Below are positions 1-12,822 of a DNA stretch of 64,000 nucleotides, in pieces. Numbering within the stretch: the stretch's first letter is position 1; each line of letters begins with the position of its first letter. A program made the position numbers and the translations under genes. Source of the DNA: Schizosaccharomyces osmophilus (lineage: Eukaryota); the NCBI RefSeq assembly GCF_027921745.1, contig NC_079238.1:3596001-3660000 (forward strand), in the 5' to 3' direction. A model generated the notes under the pieces. The model ran no database searches. It saw only the letters and a program-made list of their open reading frames with translations, and was not told the DNA's origin.

Positions 1-869
1 ATACAATTCCATTTGGAGGTCTTGGTATAATTAGTGGTTTGCTTGCTGACTATGAAACTCAAAATACCATAACTGCTTCCATGTGGTTAGACCATGTAAA
101 TAAAATGGACCTGTATTATTCAGATGATGCAGCTGAAGTCTCCTCCTTTTTCGCAGCCAAAAATCAACAATGCGGTTATACAGAAGTTTTGGAAAGAATG
201 CAGTTCCCTGTCGAACAATCCCCGATTCCTAAACCTCAGGTCAATTTAACCAATTCTTTTTCAAAGAGAAAGCGTCAGGCCGATTCTGATTCTAGTAATA
301 TCCAAGAAGCGTTCCAAATGATTACAGACTGTGATACATATACGCTTACAGACTTTTTATTGTATTTGAAGAATCATTGCATGATTACCTATGATATAAC
401 GCTTGACTGCAGCTTTAACAGCAACAACGATCCTCTAACGACTTACTTAAACCGAAAGGATGTTCAGCAACAGTTACATGCCACTCGTGTTGAATCAGCA
501 CTGACATCTTCAAAGGGGATTTTTGGAAACGGCTGCAATTATGATGTTTATGGAGAGATTGTTAAACACGGGGCTCCTTCTATATTAGAGGAAGTTGTTC
601 CTGAGTTGGTACAAAATAACAAGGTGTCATTTTTAGCCGGTGCTCTAGACTTTCAAATTCTTTGGACTGGTTCATTGTTGGCATTACAAAATACAACTTG
701 GAATGGATGGCAAGGATTTCAAGAAACCCCGGATTTAAATTCACCTTCTGGATTCACATTAAATGAGCGAAATCTTGCTTTTACACTGTCAAACAATGTG
801 GGTCATATGGCTCCAAGCAAAGATCCGGCTATGGTCATTGACTGGCTCCAAAAAACATTACTTGATTAA
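1..869 (+). CDS. sxa2: Serine carboxypeptidase (S10 family), P-factor-degrading Sxa2; 5' part lies outside the window
   Basis: Frame open from base 3 to TAA at 869. S10 C-terminal motifs GALDFQI (catalytic Asp) and VGHMAP (catalytic His), plus YLNRKDVQQQLH. Adjacent to cox4 as in S. pombe. Confidence 0.8.
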   Translation, partial: TIPFGGLGIISGLLADYETQNTITASMWLDHVNKMDLYYSDDAAEVSSFFAAKNQQCGYTEVLERMQFPVEQSPIPKPQVNLTNSFSKRKRQADSDSSNIQEAFQMITDCDTYTLTDFLLYLKNHCMITYDITLDCSFNSNNDPLTTYLNRKDVQQQLHATRVESALTSSKGIFGNGCNYDVYGEIVKHGAPSILEEVVPELVQNNKVSFLAGALDFQILWTGSLLALQNTTWNGWQGFQETPDLNSPSGFTLNERNLAFTLSNNVGHMAPSKDPAMVIDWLQKTLLD

Positions 870-1322
870 ACTCAATTCTCTAATAAGGGCTAAAAGTTGT
901 AAAACTATTATGTATAATTTATTCCTAATGCTGTTCCAAGGGTTTTTGTTTACCAAATCGGTTCAGTGATTTAATTCCCTCTATGATTGTGATTAAACGT
1001 TATGAAAATGTTTTGTTGAATGTTACTGATTTAATTAAGTTATATTAATAAAGAAGTTTGGTTACTATATCTGGATGATTCGTATTGTATGATTTCTAGC
1101 AAAGTAAGATCAATTGATTACAGGAGGAGAATCAAAGTCAGTTTTCGGAAAAAAAAGTTAGACAAAATGATTAACAGTGGTAAGTTGTTGATCATAACAA
1201 TGGTCAATACGTAATGAAAAGACTACAAGGACTTTATCAACAAGTTAATGAATGCAAGAGAATAAAAAAAGTAATGGATATTATAACTACTGAATAATAG
1301 CTGCAGTAAAAAAAAGGAACGA

Positions 1323-2096
1323 TTAATGATGAGATGCGTGAGGATCACCATTGTACTTCAATTTGTAGACAGAACCACATTCGGGGCAACGGCGAGGCTT
1401 TTGCTCGTTGACAGTCATCCAAACCAAATCGTGAGAGCCAGAGGGACTTCCACTACAGCCAACGTGACGGAAGGGATCAAGAGAAGTGACAATGATAGGT
1501 TCATTTAATGTTCCTTTACGGGAAGCATCCAGAGGCTTCATATCGAAAGCATCTTGACCAGCCAATTCGGCCAAGAGTTCCAAACGTTCCAAACCAGTGG
1601 CTTGTTCAATATCAGTAGGAACTTCGCCTTCATGGCCACCAGGGCCGATCAAATCAGAAGCCTCTTTAGCACTGGCAAGCTCTTGAGCGGCGGACTTTGT
1701 AACTAAGGAAAACTAGTTAGTACCATATATCCTCTTTTCACAGAAAACGCGGTTTCCGCAGAAGAAGACAAATAGAGAAACATATATAGAGAAACTACAG
1801 CATATAGCGATGGGATTGAAAGAAAAAAGTCAGTCGAAAGAAAACCATCAAATGGAAATTGAAGGCATCTACAAGGCAAGGATAAGAAGGGGGGAAATTA
1901 CGATGTGTTTATTCATTTTATGTCTTCTTCATTCGGAGATAATTAGCGTTCCGGCAAACAATCACGTACTTTCTTGATTATTGTTACGACGAAAAGCAGT
2001 AAAAGAAAGAGGTCGGTAGGATGGAACAGAAGCTTGAAAAGAACGGAAGCAAGCTGCTCTTCGAATAAAACCAGTTCTCAACATCCTAGAAATCAT
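1323..2096 (-). CDS. cox4: Cytochrome c oxidase subunit IV (COX5B family); 2 exons (2096-1970, 1702-1323)
   Basis: Exon 1 MISRMLRTGFIRRAACFRSF is a mitochondrial presequence. Intron GTACGT(1969)...TACTAAC...TTAG(1703). Exon 2 has PTDIEQATGLERLEL, R-x-VGC and the CPECG Zn site. Confidence 0.95.
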
Positions 2097-3457
2097 TTCA
2101 ATGGGCTTTCAGCTAAATTCGAGGAGATGGGGGATAGTAGGTTGTGGTAGTACATGGACTGCTACGGATAAGTGACCACCAAAAATGGTTTCTTTTCACA
2201 GACGAAAGTAAGAAACTGGAACGGAATATAAAATCGAAAGTAAAAATTATTTCATCCTATATTGCTATTCTTTGATTGAGTTAGAAAAACATAGCAAAAT
2301 TGGAAACAGGTTTCCTACCGTTAAAGATAGATCCTTTAATTTTTTAGAATCAAGAGAAAGAAGCGAAATAACAAGAATCCTGTTATAAGAAGAACTTCTT
2401 TTCTTTCAAGTCTCTAGCTTGTAGAAGATAAATTTGTCTATTTAGTATAATAAAACGATATCCGTAACCTGAATTTGTTACCAGATGAATGATAATATAT
2501 TACAGAAAACTTTTCTTTCAGCTTTCCTTAAAGGACAGTAATTAATAAAAAATAAAACAAAAACCTGTTCATATGTATTAATCAGATTTTTGTAGTAGAA
2601 TTGCCAACAAATCGGTAGAACGAATCGCAAAGGAAGCTTTCAGCAAGATTTGTCTAATCCACTTCACTTTTGGCTGTGTCTGCTAATTTTTTGAGCATCG
2701 AGTTACTTTACGAGCTATGATCTCAATTTCAATTAAGAATAGCAAAAGAAAAGATTGTCCTTCTTGATTTTAGCATGATAAAAATAATTTACAAAGTGTA
2801 GCGCCTAATATGATATTGATACCTAATACTTTAATACCTTATGAAACAAAAGTGTCGCTTCCTTTTGGAGCAAACTGACTTCCTTAAGTTTGATTTGAAT
2901 TCTTATTAATTTGAAGAAAGAGCTTTCTCCAGTGGGTTTTCCTACCTTGACAGAAGGAATAGAAAAGCAACGAAATCTGATACTACGATATGATGCATGT
3001 TGATGTTTGGTTCCGATGATTTGTTGGCCTCTTTTGATCTCAATTTGTTCATTTGATTTTATTACAAATTCAAATTTAGTTTCATATACTCATGCAATAC
3101 AATCCTGGCGCCTTTCATACAGCCGACGATCTACAAGTGTATTGACTATTAGCACGCAATGTCTCGCAAGCTATCGCTATATATTCCCCAGCTAGAAAAT
3201 GCAGATTATATTCCTTTGTCTCCATACTAGTTCTATTGTTGGACGCAAGTGTATCTGCTTATAAGAATAAGAAAAGCAAATAGAACTTACTTTTCCCTAC
3301 TCTCTTGCAATTGTGAAACCACACTCTCACTTAAACAATTCACAGGTTGAACTTGACTCGTAGTGTTTGCGATTGCCGCTAGAAAATACTTACCAAAGTT
3401 CGCAGCTTTAGACTTGATATTTCATTAAACTTTTCAAATTAGATACGCTGAGTAGCA

Positions 3458-5326
3458 ATGTCTGATTCAGAGGACGAAGTACTTCATGAGATTGTTGCTG
3501 AACTAGTACGTGAATCTGATAAATTCCCGAAAACATGTCCTACTCAAATACATTATAACATCGGCGGATACCGTGCAAGGTATTTTACAACTTTTATATG
3601 TCCGTTATTCTAACGCTTTTGATAGCATGGAGTTTCTCTCAAGTGCTGCCTTTCGAATAGGAATCATTGCAGCCATTTTGTCTGCAAAATTACATTCACA
3701 ACCAGTTGGAGGTATGCGATTCATTTTTCTTTTTCCTGTATACATATTACTGACAAAATACAACAGTCATGATTACTGCTTCTCATATTGCACCTGCGGA
3801 AAATGTTTTGAAAGTCGTAAACGTTTTGAGCAGCTATGATACGCAAAAGTGGGAAGGGTATTTAGACCAAGTTGTAAATGCTGATTCCGCAGACGAACTT
3901 ACCGTCTGCCTTTCCTCTGTTTTTAAAAAATCTCAAATACCAGCAGAGAAAAATGCCCAGGTATTTGTAGCTTATGATACTAGGTACGAAATCTGCAATC
4001 ACGTTCGCTCTTATCGTTACTAATCATACAGGACATCTTCAAAACACTTAGTCGAACCTGTGATGGCTGCTGCTAAAGTATTGCAAGCACGGTGCGTAGA
4101 TTATCATACTCTCAGCACTCCACAATTGCATTATATTGTGAAATCTACTCCCCTTTACAATACCGCCGACAGCATTGGTGCACCTACCGAGGAAGGCTAT
4201 TTCCATAGGCTTTCTGAAGCCTTCCATTCCTTGATGGCCTCTAGACAAGTACGTCCATCAATCGTCGTTGATGCTGCAAATGGAGTCGGTGCAGTCACAC
4301 TGAAAAAGCTCATGAAAGAGGTTAATCAGAACTTCCTACAAGTAGACATTGTAAACGATCATATCAATTGTACCCAGGAATTAAATACCACGGTAATTAC
4401 TTTTTGCTTTTCTTTACATGTTTATTAACCTCGAATTTTTAGTGCGGAATTGATTATGTCCTTAATCAACAGAGACCTCCTCCTAACATTTCCGTACAAA
4501 AAGACGTAAAATACGTCTCGTTTGATGCTGACGCCGATCGACTTTTGTATTATTTTAGTGGCTCTCGTAGTTTTCATATCCTCGACGGAGATAAAATTGC
4601 CTCATTATTTGCACTTTACTTATTAGACTTGATCCGTGCTGCCGGTTTGCAGTTGCAGCTTGGACTTGTGCAAACGGCATACGCAAATGGAGCCAGTACG
4701 TCGTACATTCAGAAAACATTGAAAATTCCAGTAACATGCGTTTCTCCTGGCCTAAAAAATTTGCAATGGGCCGCACAAGCTTATGATATCGGTATATATT
4801 TCGAAGCCAACGGTCACGGATCAATTTTGTTCTCTCCTTCTGCTTTGTCAGTTATTAATACCCACGAAGTCTTATCTCCCGCTCAGTTTAATGCTATAAA
4901 AGCCCTTAAGTCTGTAATTCAGCTTGTAAACCCTGCTTGCGGTGACGCCCTAGCAAATATGTTACTGGTTGAAGTTATCCTGGCATACAAGAATTTCTTT
5001 TTAAGAGAGTGGAATCATATTTTTGCTGAAACCCCTAGTCGCTTAATTAAATGCGAAGTTCCTGATCGTTCCATATACACAACTGCGGATGCAGAACGCA
5101 AGTTGATAACGCCTGAAGGATTACAGCAAAAAATAGACGCGTTGGTTGCAAAATATACAAACGGAAGAGCTTTTGTAAGGCCTTCAGACACAGAAAATGC
5201 TATACGGTACGTAACGTTTATGTCGTATTTTCCCTTGCTAATAAATAATCCAGTGTGTATGCTGAAGCTAGCACCAGAAGTGAATCAGAGGATTTAGCTC
5301 TCCGGATTGTTGAGCTTCTTCAATAG
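3458..5326 (+). CDS. Phosphoacetylglucosamine mutase (PGM3/AGM1)-like protein, divergent paralog; multi-exon
   Basis: ATG 3458 (MSDSEDEVLHE), several canonical introns, motifs MITASHI, AYDTR, VDAANGVG, FDADADR, GIYFEANGHG and FVRPSDTE. Last exon VYAEASTRSESEDLALRIVELLQ* ends at 5326. Confidence 0.88.
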
Positions 5327-5841
5327 TTACAACTAAAGTTTAAAGGAAATGTATTTCCTATCATTTATGGTTTATGATTAATGGATTGTGAAAATGCAAA
5401 AAGATGTTGAAATCACTGAATGCAAGATCATACAAAATTGTGTTTTCGTAATGATAATAGTACTGTTTTTATTATATGTTGGTTAGGATATGGCGAGTAT
5501 AATTTCTTAAATGAGTAGCAGCATTCAATGTTTGTTTGTTTATATTTTGCATGTTGTTGTTACAGCCATGACTTGTAACGCCGAACTAATCCTGTTTTTT
5601 CTCTAGCAACAGCAACAAAAGTATTCTTATTCGATTTAAACTCGCAGTTTGTATCAAATTCCTACCTTGAAAGTTCAATATTTATAGAGGTTTAAAACAT
5701 ATTTACCGCTTTAAGAAAAACGACTGCATCTGACCGTTTCGAAACAAAGCGTAGGACAATAATCTCTTTAAGAAAAATTATTATGAAAACATTAAAAAAT
5801 CTTACAAAAGAGCACTGTTAACCAATTAACTTTACCTTAAA

Positions 5842-6513
5842 ATGGCGAGCAATCAAGGCAACTTGGCTGCTACTCATGAATCAGCAGAATTATCTAGCCA
5901 AGCAATGAACAAAAACGAAGTAAATTCACCATCTTATGCTCAGCACTTTGAGAAAGAAAATAAGTACAAGCCATCCCCGGCCTTTACCCAATATTGGACA
6001 AATCAACTTGTTTGGGAGAAGTGCCAGAAGTTTAACACACCTGTTTTTAATAGCTCTCCTTCTCCTCTAACTTCTCATGAGTTAAGATATGACTATGAAA
6101 ATGACTCTGGTTCCAATTTAAGCCCTCCGAATAGTCCCAGTGCTAGATCTGATAGTTCCACAAGCGAAAGATTTTCTCGAGAAACTAGTTATTTTGATAC
6201 ACCAACAAAAAAGTCATCTGGAAAACAAGGAGAGGAATTTCCAACTACCAAGAAGGCCAGAAATAGAGAGGCAGCTCATAAGTGCAGGGTAAGAAAGAAG
6301 AGACATATAGATGATCTACAGAAGCGAACTAAACATTATACGACGGAGAACAAGTCTCTTTTGAAGGAAGCCAACAGTCTCAGAGAGGAAATCGTTCGGC
6401 TTAGGATGCTTATCATGGCTCATAGAAAATGTCCGGTGACCGCTGCTTGTGATAAAACACTCGTGATGATGGGTAAAAAACCAGTTTCATCTTCTGATAT
6501 CCCTCAAGAGTAG
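5842..6513 (+). CDS. atf31: bZIP (ATF/CREB) transcription factor
   Basis: Basic region KKARNREAAHKCRVRKK followed by a leucine heptad and AHRKCPV; single exon; position next to rdh54. Confidence 0.85.
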   Translation: MASNQGNLAATHESAELSSQAMNKNEVNSPSYAQHFEKENKYKPSPAFTQYWTNQLVWEKCQKFNTPVFNSSPSPLTSHELRYDYENDSGSNLSPPNSPSARSDSSTSERFSRETSYFDTPTKKSSGKQGEEFPTTKKARNREAAHKCRVRKKRHIDDLQKRTKHYTTENKSLLKEANSLREEIVRLRMLIMAHRKCPVTAACDKTLVMMGKKPVSSSDIPQE

Positions 6514-9500
6514 GCTTTGTACATGAAGCAATTTATGAATTTTTCATCTTGCGGAATGAGACGACTTACCCCAGATTCGTAAATTTCCGAAATTTGAAAA
6601 ACCCAGTTCCAGTCACGGAATGCATTGGCTATGGAAATTAACTCCTAAAAGGTTAGTATGAAATAACTTAGGAGACACATACATATTGTGGCACCTGGTA
6701 TTCTGATGCTTTCTTCCACGTGCTACTAGTATTGTCCTCCGATAACGACACTGTGTTATGAGTACGTTCAGAATAATTATCATCACTATTCTCAGACTGT
6801 AAAGAACTTCTTTCTTGGCATATAAGACTTGATTTATGCAGTAACTGGTTTATCAAACAAGCCTCATTATCATCATATGTAAATAGTTCCCTCAAATCAT
6901 CCGAAGCAAAACAGTTTTGTCTTTGGCTTTCATCAGAATCCTTTCGGGGTTAGTATTATAAAAGTACCGAAAGAAAATGTATTTATAACTTACAAGGAAT
7001 GAATCCGATAAGCCTTGTTTCGTGTTCTGTCGGATATATATGCGTTCATCGAGCATACCAGCGCTTCAATTTAGTTAATAGTTAATATAAAAAGGAGAAT
7101 ATCTTACCTTAGCAATATGTAAATTCCGGTAGAATTTCTCTGACCGGTCCGGTATATTCGGGAGAGAGCCTGCAAATCTTGCGCTGGGTTCCAACCTGAT
7201 CAAAATTAATAAATGCGAAAAAAATTCATACGTACTGGGTTCATAAAGGACAAGTCTACTTGCTCCTGTAAGATTAAGTCCACATCCACCTGCTTTACTA
7301 GATAGTAGAAGAACAGCTAAATGCCTTAGTAATTGCACGTCAAATAAGCTTCTTACCCGTCTCATGAAAGCTCGATTTATTGAATTTGTCAACAAGGTTA
7401 CCCCGTTCTGAATGTGGCGTACTTCCAAGTAATGTCAAATATGGGAATTTTAACTCCGATAGTATTCTTTGTAAAAGTTTTAAAGTTTCAGTATACTGTG
7501 AAACAATGACGGTTTTAGCCTTCTGTGTCGAAAATAGTTCCAACAAAGATTTTACGACCTTTAATTTCCCAGACGAATTTAATAAATCTCCAAAATCTAC
7601 ATGCTAAATTGTCAGTCAAAGTATCTTCAAAACATACGTACCTCCGAATGTAACTTATTAATTAAAAGAGAGCTGTTACAGATTTGGCTTAAAAGTGATA
7701 ATGTAACCAAATGTTTTCCTTTCTTTTCCTCTTGACTATAGTTCTTATAGTTTTTCAGGGCTTCTTGGTAGCTTTGTTTTTGATTTGTAGTAGGGCTAAT
7801 GAACATCGCAATGTCATCTATCGGTTAGCAAAGGTTTGAGGGACTGTACGTACGTCTAGGGGGAAGATGTTTGGCAAGCACACTCGTTTTTCTTCGAAGG
7901 ATGAAATCTTTGGTATATTCCAGTAACTGAAAACTATGTTAGTAGGGTATAAGGTTACTTTTCATACCCTATTTAACCTTGCATTTCCCAATTCTTGATC
8001 TCTTTCGGTTGCAAACATGACTCTACTTCTAATTATAGGTTTTTCGAACTGATTTTTGAAAGATGAAACGCTTCCTAGCAATCCAGGAACAAGAAAATTG
8101 ACCATTGAGTAAAACTCCATCAAATCTACTTGTAAGCAAAATCTCTCAATCTTTTATAAAATACCATTTTGCATTGGAGTTCCAGTCAATAACAGTTTTC
8201 TTTCGATTTTTAGTTTATGCAGGACAATCCAAGCTTGACTTTGCATGGATTTCAATCGATGGGCTAAACAAGTTCAGTTAATATATAAAAAACGGTTAAA
8301 GATACCTTCGTCACAAACTAGCAAGTCAATTTTTCCGGGGAGAGTCGCTTTGCGAAGACAGCAGCAAGCCTAATTTTGGTTAGTTTCTTGTAATAATTGC
8401 CAAAGGTTAAAAGTTTCATACCATTTCATAACCTATAATCAATATAGAATAATTTCGATTGCGAAAAAACTCTTCAAAGTCTGCTTGACTTTTAGCTATA
8501 CACACATGTATGCGTTCACGGCCGAGCCACTTATAAAACTCATCATGCCAATTCTTCGGGTTAGAAATAAAAAAAAAGAAAATATATATATATGTTGTAC
8601 CTGTAAAAGAGTGACTGGAGTCACAACCATAGCATTCTTAATCGTTGTATTTTGGCTTGCCTGATAGTTTTGTTCTTTAACCCAGTTGTTAGTTTTGACC
8701 AATTCACGTGTAGCATACTCAATAATGTCCAGATAACTGTTATTGTTTGTAACGTTTTACCCAGTCCCATTTCATCTGCTAATATAGCGCAACGGCCGTA
8801 TTTGTTACTAATTCCTGTTAAGCTATTGTAGAGGAAACAAATTCCTTCGCGTTGGTGCGATTGTAAACGCTTGCTCAGAAACGCATCCACGACGACATCG
8901 ACGTGTTCCCTGAAAGATTAGTAGGGATACTTATAGGATTTTTGGTGCATACTCGTCATTCCATAGGATCGGTCTTTGCATCACTAAAGATCCAGCAGCG
9001 CTTGGATCATGTCTTGGCTGTTGTAAGGCTCGCGGCTTGCGCGGCAATTTCGATGTCTGACTAACTGGACTTTGAAAGGAGACCTTCTTTCGCGACATGT
9101 AAGTATCTGGCAGATGCACATCATTCAATTGGTGATTAGATAGACATCCGTTATTGAAATCTTCCCTAGACATCATCTTTTCGACCTGTACTCTCGTTAG
9201 TTCAATTTAATAATCTAAGAACAGGTCTATGTAAACCACTTATACAAACACTCGTACAGTTATCTCTTTTCCCCCCACACGAAACATATCGCCTTCATCA
9301 AACGAAAAGTCACGAATAGCGCTACTTCCAATTCTAGCATGAACAATTAGCATGTACGATTTGCAACGACTGCTAAGTACTTTGACCAATCCGCATTATA
9401 AAGAGTATAATTACTTCCTTCACGAACCAAATAGCCATCTCCTTCCCAAGTTTTATGTTTTTTCATAGTTATTTTTCGCCTGCTTTGTTAACTTTATGTT

Positions 9501-9673
9501 TCATTTCAAAGGATTTACCAGAGAATGGTGCAGTAGATTGGGTCTTTTGTAGCCTCATTTGATTCATTTTCCGTTTTACTATTTGATGAATCAGTGGTTT
9601 GAACTGAATTGATTTTAACCGTGTTTATGTCTTTTTCAACTAAAGGTGATTGAAAGGTTCCTTTTCGCTTCAT
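6504..9673 (-). CDS. rdh54: Swi2/Snf2 ATPase of the Rad54/Rdh54 family; >10 introns
   Basis: ATG 9673 ([14 protein letters not shown]). Motifs [19 protein letters not shown] (split by an intron), LLTGTPMQN and [21 protein letters not shown]. Last exon 6644-6504 ends ...[10 protein letters not shown]. Confidence 0.92.
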
Positions 9674-9721
9674 TCTCTTCGTTTTAAACTAAAGCCACTC
9701 GCTTGTTTAAGTGTAGTTAAA

Positions 9722-9728
9722 TGTTTAC
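9722..9728 (-). promoter_or_regulatory. FLEX/forkhead core GTAAACA upstream of rdh54, with CGCG (MCB-like) elements nearby at ~9768 and ~9803
   Basis: TGTTTAC on + at 9722-9728, ~50 bp upstream of the rdh54 ATG. Function is inferred from motif and position only. Confidence 0.4.
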
Positions 9729-10754
9729 AGAAAAAAGTTATTAAATGGTAAAAAGATGATCAAAAACCGCGTATTGGATATTTTGAAAGTTTATAAAGAG
9801 TGTCGCGAAGGTTAGCATTGGTGGTGTTCCTCCAAGCTGTTCTTGCATTCCTATAGTGAATGATACTTATTGTTACTGTGGGGGATTATGCGAAATATGA
9901 AGTAGTCATAGTCAGATAGTATTGATACTATACTGAGTGCATTGTAGTATGAATAATAAAATGAGAATGAAAAATCACATAGGAAGGTGTCCCTTGAATA
10001 TGTCGGATAGGAGATGGTTTCTAAATGAATGACTTGATCTAAAGCGAAAAAAGGATGAAAGTATTTGTATATTTCATAAGAGAATGCTTCAATGATACTA
10101 ACATTGAAGCATATTCTCCTACTCTGTAATTGCGAAATAAAAACTATTTTCAGTTGTGCCTTTTCTATATTTTTCTATACTAATGGAAGCGTGAATTGAG
10201 ACTTTTACGTACATGTGTGAATCGAATATAGCGATGAAACTCAGCCTAGGGTATGGTTTTTTCTTTGAATATAATTTATATTAACATTGCTACTACCGTT
10301 TAACTCGATTAAAGTAATACTGTTTGCTTTTCTAGTATAGTAAAATTCAAAGGCTCACTCCTTTTCAAATATGAAATTGGGTGACAACATGTTTGATGGC
10401 TCAATTATTCTCGTGCAATTTTCAGATTTGTTGATCATTTTCCAAAATTTTATGCAACAAAATTCTTTTTGAAAGATACAATAGGCTTTCTTGCATGTTC
10501 AACTTTCTGCTAATGAGGTTTTTTTTTTCAGTCATTTATTTATTTACATCATATTTGTTTAATTTGTAATACGATATATTATCTGATATTACGTATTCTA
10601 ACTTTCGTAGGCCTGAGTCTAATCAAACAAACTTCGCTAGGCAAATGGCCCAAAACACCAAAATTGATAGATCTGCAGGTTGGACCAAAACTGTTCACAT
10701 TCCGTACTTTTCTACTCTGTTTTTCGCATCGGTTGAATGTAAATTCAGTACAAA

Positions 10755-12668
10755 ATGGAAGTAGCACCTATATATGTTCTTTATGGCTCTGAAACAGGGA
10801 CTGCAGAAGAATTGTCTGAGAGACTTTATAGAAAGCTGAACCGTCTGGGGTATAGAGTACTTACCCTACCTATGGACGAATTTGATACTGTAAGTGTTAT
10901 AGCCGTCTAAGAAATCAGTATTTAATATGTCAGCAAAAACTAATTGAACCCCTCCTTTGTGTGTTTATTTGCAGTACCACGGGACAAGGTGAAATGCCTT
11001 TAAACATGCGAGTACGAACTAAATGAAGAGGCGACAACTGACTTGTTTAGAAATTTTGGAAATTTCTGCTTAGAAAACGTCTTCCCATGGATCTTCTTGA
11101 TGATATGCAATACGCTGTTTTCGGATGTGGTGATACCTCTTACGCAAGGTAATAAAAACGCATGTTCATTGATATTTGCAACTAACCTATAGATACAACT
11201 GGGCCTCCAAGAAATTGGATAGTCGTCTTCGACAGCTTGGTGCTCAAAGCTTTTGTCCAAGAGGTGAAGGTGATGAGCAACACGCCCAAGGGTATGTCAA
11301 CCACCAAACACATAATAGATTTTCATACTCACAGTCATCAGTGTCGAAGGCGGTTTTGCATATTGGTGCACGCATTTGTGCTCGGCTTTGGCGACTGTCA
11401 AAACTCCATCTCAACCAGCTCTCAGAGATTCTGATATTATACCTCCCTCTTTTTCCATAATTCGATTTGATTCTTCACATGAGCTATCTAAAGAACCACT
11501 ACATACCCGAGGAATGATCCCCTCTACCCTCCAACAAAATAAACGCATAACCGCAGACAACCACTGGCAAGACGTTAGGAAGGTTGTTCTTTCCATCCCC
11601 AAATCGGTGAGTTGGAAACCAGGAGATATTGCAGTTCTGTATTCCTGGAACGACGATGAGAGCGTCCATAAATTCTTGAGGTGTTTGAAATGGGATTCCT
11701 TCGCTGATCATTCAGTATTGATAACTTCTAATATTCAAGAACGAAAAATTCCTTGGCTTCCAAATCCGTTAACCGTTTTTAATTTAGTTAAGTACGTTAT
11801 TTCTATACATTCGGTACCGAATCGTACTTTCTTTGAATACGCTGCCCAATTCACGGATGATGATCTGCACAAAGAAAGGCTGTTAGAGTTTGCTTCTCTC
11901 GAAGGTTTAGATGACTATTACGATTATGTCACAAGACCTCGTAGGACATTAATTGAAACACTACAAGAGTTTCACTCGGTCCACATACCTTTTGAATATG
12001 CTTTAGACGCTCTCCCTATAATTCGTGGCCGACAATACTCCATAGCTAACCGCTGCGACCAGAGCGAAGGAAAGCTTGAGCTACTAATTGCATTGGTGAA
12101 ATATCAGACTATTCTAAAAGAACCTCGACAAGGAATTTGTAGTCGATGGTTAGTCAATCTTCATCAAGGCCTCCCTTTTCACATCGATATTTTGCCAGGA
12201 TTTCTTTCGCTTCCTTATACATCAGAAAGACCTTTGATTGCAGTGGGTCCTGGAACTGGTGTCGCACCATTACGCTGTTTAATTCAGGAACGGATAAACC
12301 TCAATCTCAAGAATAATGCGTTATTTTTTGGATGTCGAAGAGAATCCATGGACTACCTCCTTCGTGAAGATTGGGAAAGTTTAAAAAACGCTGGAGATTT
12401 ACAGGTATATTGCGCTTTTTCGCGTGACCAAGAAAAAAAAGTCTATGTTCAACACAAAATCCAAGAACAAGAAGAAATCATATATCACTCTTTACGTGAA
12501 AAAGGAGGAATGGTTTGCATTTGCGGTTCATCAGGAAGTATGCCAAATGCGGTTCGTGATGCCATAGCAGGCATCATCTCAAAGTATTCAGGGGAGAGTA
12601 TATCTGAAGGTTATGAGTTTTTGAAAAAACTTGAAAAAGAAAGAAGATTCTTTCAAGAAACTTGGTAA
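10755..12668 (+). CDS. tah18: NADPH-dependent diflavin oxidoreductase (NDOR1/Tah18); 5 exons
   Basis: Flavodoxin motifs LYGSETGTAE, STTGQGEMP and FGCGDTSY; FAD/NADPH motifs RQYSIA and GPGTGVAP; C-terminal FQETW*. Confidence 0.93.
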
Positions 12669-12822
12669 TAATTGGTATTTATTGACTCTTCCTGATACGT
12701 TATACCAAAAAAGAAATTCATAGTTCCTTTTACTTTTTGCTGTATTAATCGAAAAAAAAACAACGTAGAAATAAATTGAGTTCATAAACATAATCATCAT
12801 CTAAATTTATCTTAATTAAACT

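Noticed and set aside
6668..9176. Fragmented ORFs suggesting a helicase pseudogene
   Set aside because: The breaks I checked coincide with canonical introns and splice in frame; this is an intact rdh54.
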